Assembly: GCA_943372655.1 (NCBI GenBank)
Contig: CALRZP010000018.1
Location: 29,094 to 93,093 of the forward strand
DNA: 64,000 nucleotides
From: Asaia bogorensis
Lineage (GTDB): Bacteria; Pseudomonadota; Alphaproteobacteria; Reyranellales; Reyranellaceae
Direction of reading: 5' to 3'
Shown: piece by piece, positions 53,543-63,645 of the stretch
Layout of the letters: the number at the start of each line of letters is the position of its first letter
How positions within the stretch are numbered: position 1 is the stretch's first letter
Notes under the pieces: generated by a model
What the model was told of the DNA's origin: nothing
Seen by the model: the letters and a program-made list of their open reading frames with translations, nothing else
The model's database searches: none
Translations under genes and position numbers: made by a program

Positions 53543-54325
53543 TTAATCTCCCAGTGCCGCTTTACCGATCACCGGTGTCGACGGCACGGCCATGTCGCGC
53601 GGCTCCATCGGGCGCGCAAGATAGGCGGCGCGACCGGCCTCGACGCCGAGCGCGAAGGCGCGCGCCATCTCGACCGGATCACCCGCTTCGGCCACCGCCG
53701 TGTTCAGCAGCACCGCGTCGTAGCCCAGCTCCATCGCCGCCGCCGCGTGCGAGGGCACACCCAGTCCGGCATCGACCACCAGCGGGATCTCGGGGAAGTG
53801 AGCGCGCATCGAGCGCAGGCCGTAGACGTTGTTCAGGCCGCGCGCGGACCCGATCGGCGCGCCCCACGGCATCAGCACCCGGCAACCCGCCTCGACCAGC
53901 CGCTCGGCAACCACCAGATCCTCGGTCGTGTAGGGGAAGACCTCGAACCCATCCTCGGAGAGAATGCGCGCGGCTTCCACGAGACCGAACACGTCGGGCT
54001 GCAAAGTGTCAGCCTCGCCGATCACCTCGAGCTTGATCCAGGGCGTGTCGAACAGCTCGCGCGCCATGTGGGCGGTCGTCACCGCCTCCTTCACCGAATG
54101 GCAGCCCGCCGTGTTGGGCAACACGCGCACGCCCATCGACTGGATGAGCGACCAGAAGGCCTGACCGGCCCGGCCCGCACCGCTCTCGCGGCGCAGCGAC
54201 ACGGTCACGACTTCCGCACCCGACGCCTTGACCGCACGTTCGAGGACCGCCGGCGAGGGATAACGCGAGGTGCCGAGCAGCAGCCGCGACGTCAGCTCGA
54301 CGCCGTAGAACGACGACATGGTCAT
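53543..54325 (-). CDS. thiG: Thiazole synthase
   Basis: ..LLGTSRYPS.. ..LPNTAGC.. ..KLEVIGD-like.. ..[11 protein letters not shown].. classic ThiG sequence. Confidence 0.95.
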   Translation of the reverse strand: MTMSSFYGVELTSRLLLGTSRYPSPAVLERAVKASGAEVVTVSLRRESGAGRAGQAFWSLIQSMGVRVLPNTAGCHSVKEAVTTAHMARELFDTPWIKLEVIGEADTLQPDVFGLVEAARILSEDGFEVFPYTTEDLVVAERLVEAGCRVLMPWGAPIGSARGLNNVYGLRSMRAHFPEIPLVVDAGLGVPSHAAAAMELGYDAVLLNTAVAEAGDPVEMARAFALGVEAGRAAYLARPMEPRDMAVPSTPVIGKAALGD

Positions 54326-54519
54326 CCTCCCTGCATCGGTGCGACGACTTCGATCTTGTCGCCGTCGGCCAGCTCGGTGCGCGGCCGCGCGACGGCGGCG
54401 ACGAAGCGGCCGTTCACCGCGGTCGCGATCTTGCGGCCGCCGAAGCCCAGCGTTTCGAGCGCCGCCGCGAGCGTGCCGGGCGCAACCTCATGCATGTCGT
54501 CGTTCAGGAATATCCGCAT
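54322..54519 (-). CDS. thiS: Sulfur carrier protein ThiS
   Basis: 65 aa, MRIFLNDD...[10 protein letters not shown] (C-terminal Gly-Gly). The stop overlaps the thiG start (ATGA). The longer ORF in the track is a shadow of the thiO 3' end. Confidence 0.9.
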   Translation of the reverse strand: MRIFLNDDMHEVAPGTLAAALETLGFGGRKIATAVNGRFVAAVARPRTELADGDKIEVVAPMQGG

Positions 54520-55492
54520 CTCTCGTCTCCAGAAGAACGGCATCGGCAACCTGCTGCGCCAGCCAGGGCGCCAGCAGGAAACCATGCCGGAAAAGCCCGT
54601 TGGCGTGCAGCATGCGGCCGTTGCGCCGGATGCACGGCAGATTGTCGGGAAAGGTCGGCCGCAGGTCGGCGCCCAGCTCGACGATCTCGGCCTCGCCGAA
54701 GGCCGGGTGCAGCGTGTAGGCCGCGTTCAGCAACTCCATGGCCGAACGCACGCTGACGGCGCGGCGTTCCTCGCTCTCGATCATGGTGGCGCCGATCATG
54801 AAGACGCCGTCGCCGCGCGGCACGATGTAGAGCGGGATGCGCGGATGCAGCAGCCGCACCGGGCGCGACAGCGACACGTCGCGGGTCCGCACCACGAGCA
54901 TCTCGCCGCGCACGCCGCGCAGGTCGGGAAGCTCGTCTCGCGCCGCAAGGCCCCGGCAATCGACTACGAACCTCGAATCGACTTCCGATGGCTTGCCCGC
55001 CACGCCCAACCGGATCGGAACGCCGCGCGCTTCGAGGCCGGCGGCGAGCGACGCCAGCGCCTTGCGCGGCTCGAGATGGGCCTCGTCGGCGAAGAACAAC
55101 GCACGGCGGAAGCGGCCGGCGAGATCGGGTTCGAGGGAAGCGATGCGGTCGCCGTCGATCCATTCGTAGCGCTCGGTCCGGGCCGCAAAGCGCGTGAGAT
55201 CGGCCGCATCGCGCGGCGGCGTGAGGACCAGGCTGCCCTGGCTGACGGTGCCGGGATAGTGGCGGCGCCACCAGTCGATCGACGGCTCGCCCAGACGGGC
55301 GACGATCTCGTCGGTGGTCGCCCGCTCGCACCACGGCGCCAGCATGCCGCCCGCCATCCACGAGCACGCGCCCTCGCCCACCCGGCCGCTGCGCTCCAGC
55401 AGGTCGACGGCGACACCGCGGTCGGCAAGCTCGGTCGCGCAGGCCAGGCCCGCGACGCCAGCTCCGATGATCGTTACGACAGGTGAACCCAC
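54488..55492 (-). CDS. thiO: Glycine oxidase ThiO (FAD-dependent)
   Basis: The GTG at 55492 follows a GGGAG SD. N-terminus VVTIIGAGVAGLACA (FAD). The upstream ATGs at 55537/55519 lie inside the TPP aptamer. Confidence 0.85.
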   Translation of the reverse strand: MGSPVVTIIGAGVAGLACATELADRGVAVDLLERSGRVGEGACSWMAGGMLAPWCERATTDEIVARLGEPSIDWWRRHYPGTVSQGSLVLTPPRDAADLTRFAARTERYEWIDGDRIASLEPDLAGRFRRALFFADEAHLEPRKALASLAAGLEARGVPIRLGVAGKPSEVDSRFVVDCRGLAARDELPDLRGVRGEMLVVRTRDVSLSRPVRLLHPRIPLYIVPRGDGVFMIGATMIESEERRAVSVRSAMELLNAAYTLHPAFGEAEIVELGADLRPTFPDNLPCIRRNGRMLHANGLFRHGFLLAPWLAQQVADAVLLETRDADIPERRHA

Positions 55493-55501
55493 AGCTGACT
55501 C

Positions 55502-55598
55502 CCGTTCCTTCGCCGGCATGACCCGGATCAGGTTCAAAGGGTTCAGCCGTTAAGGCTGTCTCAGCCCGCTTCCTACACGGAGGTCAGGCACCCCTCGG
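55502..55598 (-). promoter_or_regulatory. TPP (THI-box) riboswitch
   Basis: Minus strand reads CCGAGGGGUGCC..GGGCUGAGA..ACCCUUUGAACCUGAUCCGGGUCAUGCCGGCGAAGGAACGG, matching the conserved TPP aptamer core. Directly upstream of thiO. Confidence 0.9.
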
Positions 55599-55646
55599 AC
55601 GTCATCGAGAAAAGGGGATCGCAGGCCCCGATGTCAAGCCGTCCGA

Positions 55647-56579
55647 TCACGCCGCCAGCGACGATGCCGGCGTCATCAGATGCGTGGCCTCGCCGAAGCC
55701 TTCGCTATCGGGCGCGCGTACCAGCTTCTGGAAGTCGGCCATCAGCGTCTTGGCGACGGGCCCCGCCTGGAAATGGTGCTGGTCGATCGAACCGACCGGC
55801 ACGATCTCGGCGGCGCTGCCGCAGAGGAAGACCTCGCTCGCGTTGCTCAGTTCGTCCGGCATGACGTCGCGTTCCTCCACCGTCCAGCCGCGCGTCCGCG
55901 CCATGCCCATCACCGCACGGCGCGTGATTCCATCGAGGAAATTGTGCGGCGTCGGCGTGACCAGCCTGCCGTCGATCACCAGGAAGATGTTGGCGCCGGT
56001 CGTCTCGGCGATGCGGCCCTGCCAGTCGAGCATCAGCGCGTCGTCGAAGCCGGCCTTCAGGGCGCGATCCTTCTCGATGCCGCAGATCACGTAGAGGCCC
56101 GCCACCTTGGCGTGACCGGGTGCGGTCTCGGGCGAGGGACGGCGGTACTTCGCCATGGTGACGTTGATGCCGGCGTCGCGCGCCTGCACCGAGAGGCGGC
56201 CTTCCTGGGCCCAGGGGGCGATGGCGAGGTGGACCGTCGTGCCGATCGCCGACACACCCAGAACTTCCGAGCCCCGCCAGGCGATGGGACGGATATAGCC
56301 GGCGGTGAGGTCGTTGGCCTTCACGACGGCGCGGGTCGCCTCGTCGATCTGCTCGCGCGACCACGGCAGGTCGTAGTCGAGCAGGTTGGCCGAGCGGATC
56401 AGGCGGGCGCTGTGGGCGGACAGGCGGAATACGCGGCCGTCATAGATGCGCTCGCCCTCGAAGACGGCGGAACCGTAGTGCAGCGCGTGGGTGAGCACGT
56501 GCATGCGGCTGTCGCGCCACGGGACCAGCTTGCCGTCCAGCCAGATGAACCCGTCCCGATCGTCCATGGTTAAGGACAT
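55647..56579 (-). CDS. ilvE: Branched-chain amino acid aminotransferase (class IV, short form)
   Basis: Trimmed to MSLTMDDRDGFIWLDGKLVPW. ..HYGSAVFEGER.Y.. ..ETTGANIF.. ..TP....LDGITR.. motifs. Confidence 0.9.
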   Translation of the reverse strand: MSLTMDDRDGFIWLDGKLVPWRDSRMHVLTHALHYGSAVFEGERIYDGRVFRLSAHSARLIRSANLLDYDLPWSREQIDEATRAVVKANDLTAGYIRPIAWRGSEVLGVSAIGTTVHLAIAPWAQEGRLSVQARDAGINVTMAKYRRPSPETAPGHAKVAGLYVICGIEKDRALKAGFDDALMLDWQGRIAETTGANIFLVIDGRLVTPTPHNFLDGITRRAVMGMARTRGWTVEERDVMPDELSNASEVFLCGSAAEIVPVGSIDQHHFQAGPVAKTLMADFQKLVRAPDSEGFGEATHLMTPASSLAA

Positions 56580-56710
56580 TGCGATATCCTTCCTCGATTG
56601 ATTCCAAATAGGTCTCTGAGGCCACCCCCAGAACAACTATTGATCCCAATAGGTCAATAATACTGACCTTGTCAATCACACTGACCCTGCGTGTCTTTCG
56701 CCCATGAATT

Positions 56711-57352
56711 TCAGGTCAGAAGGAGAGGCATCCCCGGATCGCCCTTGCCCATCGCCCTCTGGTAGGCGGGCCGGGCGGCAATGCGCTGTAGATAGGCGCG
56801 GATCGCCGGATAGGGCGCGAGGTCGAACGGCAGGAAGTAGCGCATGGTCGTCAAGGAGAAGACGGCCATGATGTCGGCCGTCGTGAGCTCCGCCCCGGCC
56901 AGGTAATCGGCCTTCCCGAGCCGCGCCTCGACGAGGCCGAGGGCAAGTTCGAGGCGGGCCTTCATGGCCTTGATCAGCGGATTGTCCGCCGGAAGATCGA
57001 GCCGTCCCAGGATCATGTTGCGGCCCGTCGCCGGCTGGAGCGTGCCGTTGGCGAAGTGGAACCAGTAGAGGAACTCAGCGAAGTCGGGATGGTCGGGCCC
57101 CCGCACGAGCCGGCCGTTGCCGTACTTTGCGACGATGTACTCGACGATGGCGCCGGACTCGGCCAGCAGCACGTCGCCGTCCTGGATCACCGGTGCCGCG
57201 CCGATCGGATGCAGGGCCTTGTACTCGGGCGGCGCGAGCCGTGTGACCGCGTCACGGTCGTAGACCTTCAGCTCGTAGGGAACGCCCAGTTCCTCGCACA
57301 GCCAGACGATCCGTTCCGACTGCGATACGCCAAGATGGTGAACGGTCAGCAT
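56711..57352 (-). CDS. Glutathione S-transferase family protein
   Basis: 213 aa. N-terminal thioredoxin-like domain (..SQSERIVWLCEELG.PYE..) and a helical C-terminal domain. Confidence 0.85.
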   Translation of the reverse strand: MLTVHHLGVSQSERIVWLCEELGVPYELKVYDRDAVTRLAPPEYKALHPIGAAPVIQDGDVLLAESGAIVEYIVAKYGNGRLVRGPDHPDFAEFLYWFHFANGTLQPATGRNMILGRLDLPADNPLIKAMKARLELALGLVEARLGKADYLAGAELTTADIMAVFSLTTMRYFLPFDLAPYPAIRAYLQRIAARPAYQRAMGKGDPGMPLLLT

Positions 57353-57452
57353 GGCGCCCTCTTGCGGCTTCGGAAGGGTTCAGGATGGAGGGTCGCGCTA
57401 ACATCCGCTTGCGCGGGGTGTCAACGCAGCCCACCCGCACTATAAAGACAGC

Positions 57453-57950
57453 GTGGAATCCAGAGCCCCCGCCAACCCCCTTTTCCTCCGCGACGAAGAG
57501 CTGCGCCAGGGCATCGAGCTGATGTTCTATGCCTATCGCGACTTCACCTTCGAATCCGACCAGCAGCTCCGGCACTACCAGCTCGGCCGGGCTCATCATC
57601 GCGCCCTCTACTTCATCGGCAGGCATCCCGGCCAGACCGTTGGTCACCTCCTGTCGATCCTGAAGGTGACCAAGCAGTCGATCAGCCGCGTGCTGAAGGA
57701 CCTGATCGAACAGGGCTACGTCGAGCAGAAGAGCGGCGCGCGCGATCGCCGCGAGCGCCTGCTGTGGCTCACCCCCAGGGGCCAGGAACTCGAGCGCGAC
57801 CTCACGGACCGCCAGAGCCAGCGCTTCGCGCGGGCCTATCGCGAGACCGGTGCCGAGGCGGTCGAAGGGTTCCGCAAGGTGCTGCTCGGCCTGCTCGACC
57901 CGCCCGAACGCCTCGTGGTCGACAAGCGGATACGCGGCGGCGGCCGCTAG
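57453..57950 (+). CDS. MarR family transcriptional regulator
   Basis: GTG start. ..GRAHHRALYFIGRHPGQTVGHLLSILKVTKQSISRVLKDLIEQGYVEQK.G..DRR.. winged-helix core. Confidence 0.85.
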   Translation: MESRAPANPLFLRDEELRQGIELMFYAYRDFTFESDQQLRHYQLGRAHHRALYFIGRHPGQTVGHLLSILKVTKQSISRVLKDLIEQGYVEQKSGARDRRERLLWLTPRGQELERDLTDRQSQRFARAYRETGAEAVEGFRKVLLGLLDPPERLVVDKRIRGGGR

Positions 57951-57956
57951 CGCATC

Positions 57957-58657
57957 ATGGATGCGTCGTCCGACAAGCCGCACATCCTGGTCGTCGACGA
58001 CGATACGCGCCTGCGCGAACTGCTGAAGTCGTTCCTGTCGCGCAATGACTTCCGCGTCTCGACCGCCGCCAACACGGCGGAAGCCCGCCAGCAGATCAGC
58101 TCCTTCGACTTCGACCTGATCGTGCTCGACGTCATGATGCCGGGCGAGACCGGCCTCGAGTTTGCCGCCGAGCTGCGCCGCACCGACGACGTGCCGATCC
58201 TGATGCTGACGGCGATGGTCGAGACCAAGGACCGCATCGCCGGCCTCGAGAAGGGCGTCGACGACTATCTCGGCAAGCCGTTCGAGCCGCGCGAGCTTCT
58301 GCTGCGCATCCAGAGCGTGCTGCGGCGCGGCCGAAACGCCACCGTCGTGGGCCCGCAGGAACTGCCGCAGCAGGTGGCGTTCGGCCCCATGCTGTTCGAC
58401 CTCGAACTGGGCGAGCTCACGCACAAGGGCAAGCGCGTGGCGCTGACCGACGCGGAGATCGCGCTGATGCGCGCCTTCACCGGCCGCATCGGCGAGGTGC
58501 TGAGCCGCGAGACGTTGTGCAGGACGGTGGGCGCCAACGTGAACGAGCGGGCCATCGACGTGCAGGTGACGAGGCTGCGACGCAAGATCGAGCCCGACCC
58601 GTCGTTTCCACGCTACCTGCGCACGGTGCGCGGCCAGGGCTACCGGCTGGTCGACGC

Positions 58658-58661
<4 letters not shown>
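57957..58661 (+). CDS. OmpR-family response regulator
   Basis: Receiver domain (ILVVDDD..DLIVLDVMMPG..) plus a winged-helix output domain (..VQVTRLRRKIE..IRTVRGQGYRL). Confidence 0.9.
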
Positions 58662-60013
<1,352 letters not shown>

Positions 60014-60077
60014 GCGGCGCTCCGGCACTTGCGGCGCGGCCGCCTGTGATAGAGTGAAGGAAATACTTCAGAGAGAA

Positions 60078-61181
60078 ATGCCCAAGACAATGTCCAAGAC
60101 ACCGCTTCAGTTCACGCACGTCGCCCATCCGTCGCCGCTTCCCGCCGAGAAGCGCGCGGAGCTGCTCAAGAATCCGGGCTTCGGCCGCGTCTTCTCCGAT
60201 CACATGGTGACCATCCGGTATCACGAGTCCAAGGGCTGGCATGATGCGAAGGTCGAACCGCGCGCGCCGATCCCGATGGATCCGGCCGCGGCCGTCCTGC
60301 ACTACGCCCAGGAGATCTTCGAGGGGCTGAAGGCCTATCGCACGGCCGATGGCGGTGCGACGCTGTTCCGCCCGCTGGAGAATGCCCGCCGCTTCCAGCA
60401 GTCGGCCGAGCGGCTCGCCATGCCGGTCCTGCCGGAGGACGTGTTCCTCGAGTCCGTCGACCAGCTGGTCAAGATCGACAGGGCATGGATCCCGGAGGGC
60501 GACGGCAGCCTCTACATCCGGCCCTTCATGTTCGCGAACGAGATCTTCCTCGGCGTGAAGCCCTCGTCGGACTACCTCTTCATCGTCATCGCCTCGTCGG
60601 TCGGCGCCTACTTCAAGACCGATGCGCCGGCGGTGTCGGTCTGGGTCTCCGACGATTTCACCCGCGCGGCCCCCGGCGGCACCGGCGCCGCCAAGTGCGG
60701 CGGCAACTATGCCGCCAGCCTGCAGGCGCAGGCCGAAGCGACGCGCCACGGCTGCGACCAGGTCGTGTTCCTTGATGCCGTCGAACAGCGCTGGATCGAG
60801 GAGCTGGGCGGCATGAACATCTTCTTCGTGTTCGACGACGGCTCGATGATCACGCCGCCGCTCGGCGGCACGATCCTGCCCGGCATCACGCGCAGCTCGC
60901 TGCTCACGCTGGCCAAGGACAAGGGCATCAAGGTGAGCGAGGAGCGCTACTCGATCGAGCAGTGGCGCAAGGATGCCGCCAGCGGCCGCCTGCGCGAGGC
61001 CTTCGCCTGCGGCACCGCCGCGGTCGTGACGCCGATCGGCACGGTGCGCAGCAAGGACGGCGAATTCCGGATCGGCAATGGCGGCTCGGGCGCCAAGACC
61101 GAGGAGCTGAAGGCCGCCCTCGTCGGCATTCAACGTGGCCGCACGGCCGACCCGCACGGCTGGATCCACAAGGTTTTCTAG
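60078..61181 (+). CDS. Branched-chain amino acid aminotransferase (class IV, long form)
   Basis: ..FGRVFSDHM.. ..LHYAQEIFEGLKAYR.. ..GGTGAAKCGGNYAAS.. pattern of the about 365-aa IlvE type. Start uncertain (60054 GTG, 60078 or 60090 ATG). Confidence 0.85.
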   Translation: MPKTMSKTPLQFTHVAHPSPLPAEKRAELLKNPGFGRVFSDHMVTIRYHESKGWHDAKVEPRAPIPMDPAAAVLHYAQEIFEGLKAYRTADGGATLFRPLENARRFQQSAERLAMPVLPEDVFLESVDQLVKIDRAWIPEGDGSLYIRPFMFANEIFLGVKPSSDYLFIVIASSVGAYFKTDAPAVSVWVSDDFTRAAPGGTGAAKCGGNYAASLQAQAEATRHGCDQVVFLDAVEQRWIEELGGMNIFFVFDDGSMITPPLGGTILPGITRSSLLTLAKDKGIKVSEERYSIEQWRKDAASGRLREAFACGTAAVVTPIGTVRSKDGEFRIGNGGSGAKTEELKAALVGIQRGRTADPHGWIHKVF

Positions 61182-61188
61182 GCCGCGC

Positions 61189-61527
61189 CTAGAAAAGCTT
61201 GCCGCCGTTCGGCACGGGCCTGGTTGGCGCGATCAGCACGACGCTGCCGTCGGCGGACGGGAAGCCGAGCGTCAGGACTTCGGACATGAACCTGCCGATC
61301 TGACGCGGCGGGAAGTTCACGACCGCTGCGACCTGACGGCCGACCAGCTCCTCCGGAGTGTAGTGCACGGTGATTTGCGCCGAGGACTTCTTCGTCCCGA
61401 TCTCGCCGCCGAAATCGATCAGCAGGCGGTAGGCGGGCTTGCGCGCGCCTTCGAGCGGCGCCGCCTCGACGATGGTGCCGACACGGATGTCGACACGCTC
61501 GAAATCTTCATAGGTGATGGTCGTCAT
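61189..61527 (-). CDS. tRNA-binding protein (CsaA/YgjH family)
   Basis: 112 aa. ..FERVDIRVG.I.. ..KPAY.L.IDFG.. ..VAAVVNFPPRQIG.. OB-fold tRNA-binding domain. Confidence 0.85.
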   Translation of the reverse strand: MTTITYEDFERVDIRVGTIVEAAPLEGARKPAYRLLIDFGGEIGTKKSSAQITVHYTPEELVGRQVAAVVNFPPRQIGRFMSEVLTLGFPSADGSVVLIAPTRPVPNGGKLF

Positions 61528-61573
61528 GCTGCCCCGAAACTAGAGCGGCGCGATCAAAAGACAAAGAGTGGGC

Positions 61574-61606
61574 AAAAGAAAAGGGGCCACGTACGCGGCC
61601 CCTTTC
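61574..61606 (-). terminator. Intrinsic terminator downstream of the phasin gene
   Basis: Minus strand: GGGGCC-GCGTACGT-GGCCCC followed by TTTTCTTTTGCCC. Confidence 0.8.
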
Positions 61607-61647
61607 CCGGATCGGCGACAGGCCGACCCACGCTTACTCTAAAACGC

Positions 61648-62082
61648 TTACTTCTTGGCGATCGCGGCCTTGACCTCTTCGGTCAGCTCGGCGACGCGGG
61701 CGCTCAGCGCCGTCACGGCGTCGGCCTGGCCCTTGGTGTAGAGGTCGGCCAGTTCCTTGGAGTTGGTGATCGCCGACTCGTAGGTCTTCTTCATGAAGTC
61801 GATCTGCTTGGCGGCCTTCTCCTCGACGGTCGCGGCGGCGAGCACTTCGCTGCCGTGCTTGGAGAAGTCTTCCATCGCGGTGCGGACCATGTCGCCCTGG
61901 CGCTGCGCGATCGTCTTCATCTGCTCGACGGCGGCGGTGTTGAGCGAGGTCATGGTCGCGAAGTTCTTGCGAGCGGTCTCGACGAACGTCTCGACGTTCA
62001 TCGTCGGGAGCTTGAACTCACCGGAGATCTTGCTGAAGTCGAAGTCGGCGAAGGGGTTCTTGAAGGCACCGTTGGCGTACAT
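61648..62082 (-). CDS. Phasin family protein (PHA granule-associated)
   Basis: Trimmed to MYANGAFKNPFADFDFSK after an AGGAGA SD. Helical, Ala/Lys/Glu-rich 144-aa protein of the alphaproteobacterial phasin type. Confidence 0.8.
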   Translation of the reverse strand: MYANGAFKNPFADFDFSKISGEFKLPTMNVETFVETARKNFATMTSLNTAAVEQMKTIAQRQGDMVRTAMEDFSKHGSEVLAAATVEEKAAKQIDFMKKTYESAITNSKELADLYTKGQADAVTALSARVAELTEEVKAAIAKK

Positions 62083-62133
62083 GGAAATCTCCTGAGGGAC
62101 GAAGCAAGGCTGAGCTGGGGTGCCCCGCTTTGC

Positions 62134-62202
62134 TGCGGTGCACAATGAAACTCAATTTAGGGATGCATTGCAGCGAGTCAAGGGATGTTTTTGTGCACTG
62201 CA
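62134..62202 (-). promoter_or_regulatory. Three TGC-N3-GCA palindromes in the phasin promoter (candidate PhaR-type operators)
   Basis: tgcggtgca (62134-62142), tgcattgca (62164-62172), tgcactgca (62194-62202), spaced 30 nt apart, 50-120 nt upstream of the phasin ATG. Confidence 0.35.
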
Positions 62203-62210
62203 CAAAATAT

Positions 62211-62846
62211 TCACGCCTCGGGCGAAACCGAAGCGCCCGGCGGAACGCCACCATCCGGAGATTTCACATATCTGTCAAAGAGTTGCGACCAGCGCTCCGC
62301 CGTCTTTAGGCGGTTGTCCAGGGCTGCCATGGTCTTGGAAAGATCCTGGGATTCATCGCGGTCGAACACCCGCGACACGGCGTAGTGGATGGCCAGCAGC
62401 CCGTTCTGCCGCAGCGCACCGGGCAAGCCGTCGCTGGCGACCGACGCGGCTTCCAGCATCGCCGCCATGGAGCGACGGAGGGGCGGGCCCATCGCGATCG
62501 CCAGCATCGGGTCGCGCGTGCCCGCACGGCGCAGCGCGCGCAGAGCCGCGCGATGGGGCCTCAGCGCGTCGTAGCGGCGCATCATCACGTCGAACAGGCG
62601 GTCGCGCGGCGTCTCCTCCGGGTCGGTCGAAGACGGCGTCCCGGCCATCACTTCCGCATCGATGCGGGCCATGAAGGCCGCCGCCAGCGAGAGCTTGTTG
62701 GGATAGAAGCGATAGACATCGGCAAAGCCCAGCCCCGCCGCCTCGGCCACCTCGCGTAGCGAGACGTCGACATAGCCCTTCTCGGCGATCAGGCCGAGGA
62801 AGGCCTCGAGAGCCTTCTCCCGCGCCTGGATGGGAGCTTCACTCAC
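62211..62846 (-). CDS. TetR/AcrR family transcriptional regulator
   Basis: N-terminal HTH ..GYVDVSLREVAEAAGLGFADVYRFYPNK... The GTG overlaps the proC stop (GTGA). Confidence 0.85.
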   Translation of the reverse strand: MSEAPIQAREKALEAFLGLIAEKGYVDVSLREVAEAAGLGFADVYRFYPNKLSLAAAFMARIDAEVMAGTPSSTDPEETPRDRLFDVMMRRYDALRPHRAALRALRRAGTRDPMLAIAMGPPLRRSMAAMLEAASVASDGLPGALRQNGLLAIHYAVSRVFDRDESQDLSKTMAALDNRLKTAERWSQLFDRYVKSPDGGVPPGASVSPEA

Positions 62847-63640
62847 CCTGCCAACTCCTTCGAACGGTGCGAGGCGGCCGCCAGGGCCTTGTCGAAAACC
62901 GGTTGGATGCCGTCGGTTGCCATCAGGACCTGCAAGGCTGCGGCGGTCGTGCCGCCGGGACTGGTGACGTTAACGCGCAGCTGCGACGCCGGCTCCGGGG
63001 ACTGCTTCAGAAGTTCGCCGCTTCCCACCACCGTCGCGCGGGCAAGCTGCATGGCCATGTCGGCCGGCAACCCGGCCTTCACACCCGCTTCCGCCATCGC
63101 CTCGACCAGCAGGAAGACATAGGCCGGGCCGCTGCCGGACAGGGCGGTGACGGGATCGATCAGCGCCTCGTCGTCGGCCCACAGAACCTGGCCGACCGCC
63201 TCCAGCAACTCGTGACAGCGCTTCTTTTCCGCCGCCGTCACGCTCGCCGCCGCGGTGGCGACGGTGATGCCCTGCCGCACCGCCGCCGGCGTGTTGGGCA
63301 TGGAGCGGACGATCTTTGCCGCATGGCCGAGACGGGCGGCGAAATAGCCCAGGGTCTTGCCGGCCGCGATCGACAGGAAGACCGACCCCTGTCCGGCAAA
63401 CCGCCGGAGATCGACCAGCGTCTCGTCCATCGACTGCGGCTTGACCGCCAGCACAACGATCCCGGGCGTCTCCTGCATTTCGGCCGAGGACGAGACCACG
63501 CGGACGCCGGCGTGCCGCGGACGGATCGCCTCGACCGGCTCGGCGACGACGATGTCGGCAGCCGGGAGGCCGCGCGCCAGCCAGCCGTCCAGCATGGCAC
63601 CGCCCATCTTCCCGCAACCGACCAGCAGCAGCTTGCCCAT
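62843..63640 (-). CDS. proC: Pyrroline-5-carboxylate reductase
   Basis: N-terminus LLLVGCGKMGGAML and C-terminal ..VTSPGGTTAAAL.. signature. Confidence 0.9.
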   Translation of the reverse strand: MGKLLLVGCGKMGGAMLDGWLARGLPAADIVVAEPVEAIRPRHAGVRVVSSSAEMQETPGIVVLAVKPQSMDETLVDLRRFAGQGSVFLSIAAGKTLGYFAARLGHAAKIVRSMPNTPAAVRQGITVATAAASVTAAEKKRCHELLEAVGQVLWADDEALIDPVTALSGSGPAYVFLLVEAMAEAGVKAGLPADMAMQLARATVVGSGELLKQSPEPASQLRVNVTSPGGTTAAALQVLMATDGIQPVFDKALAAASHRSKELAG

Positions 63641-63645
63641 GGCGG

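Noticed and set aside
57436-57455. Leaderless transcript for the second MarR gene (TGTCAA-16 nt-TATAAA ending 6 nt before the GTG at 57453)
   Set aside because: The promoter match is modest, leaderless initiation normally needs AUG, and the true start codon is not certain. I cannot support it from sequence alone.
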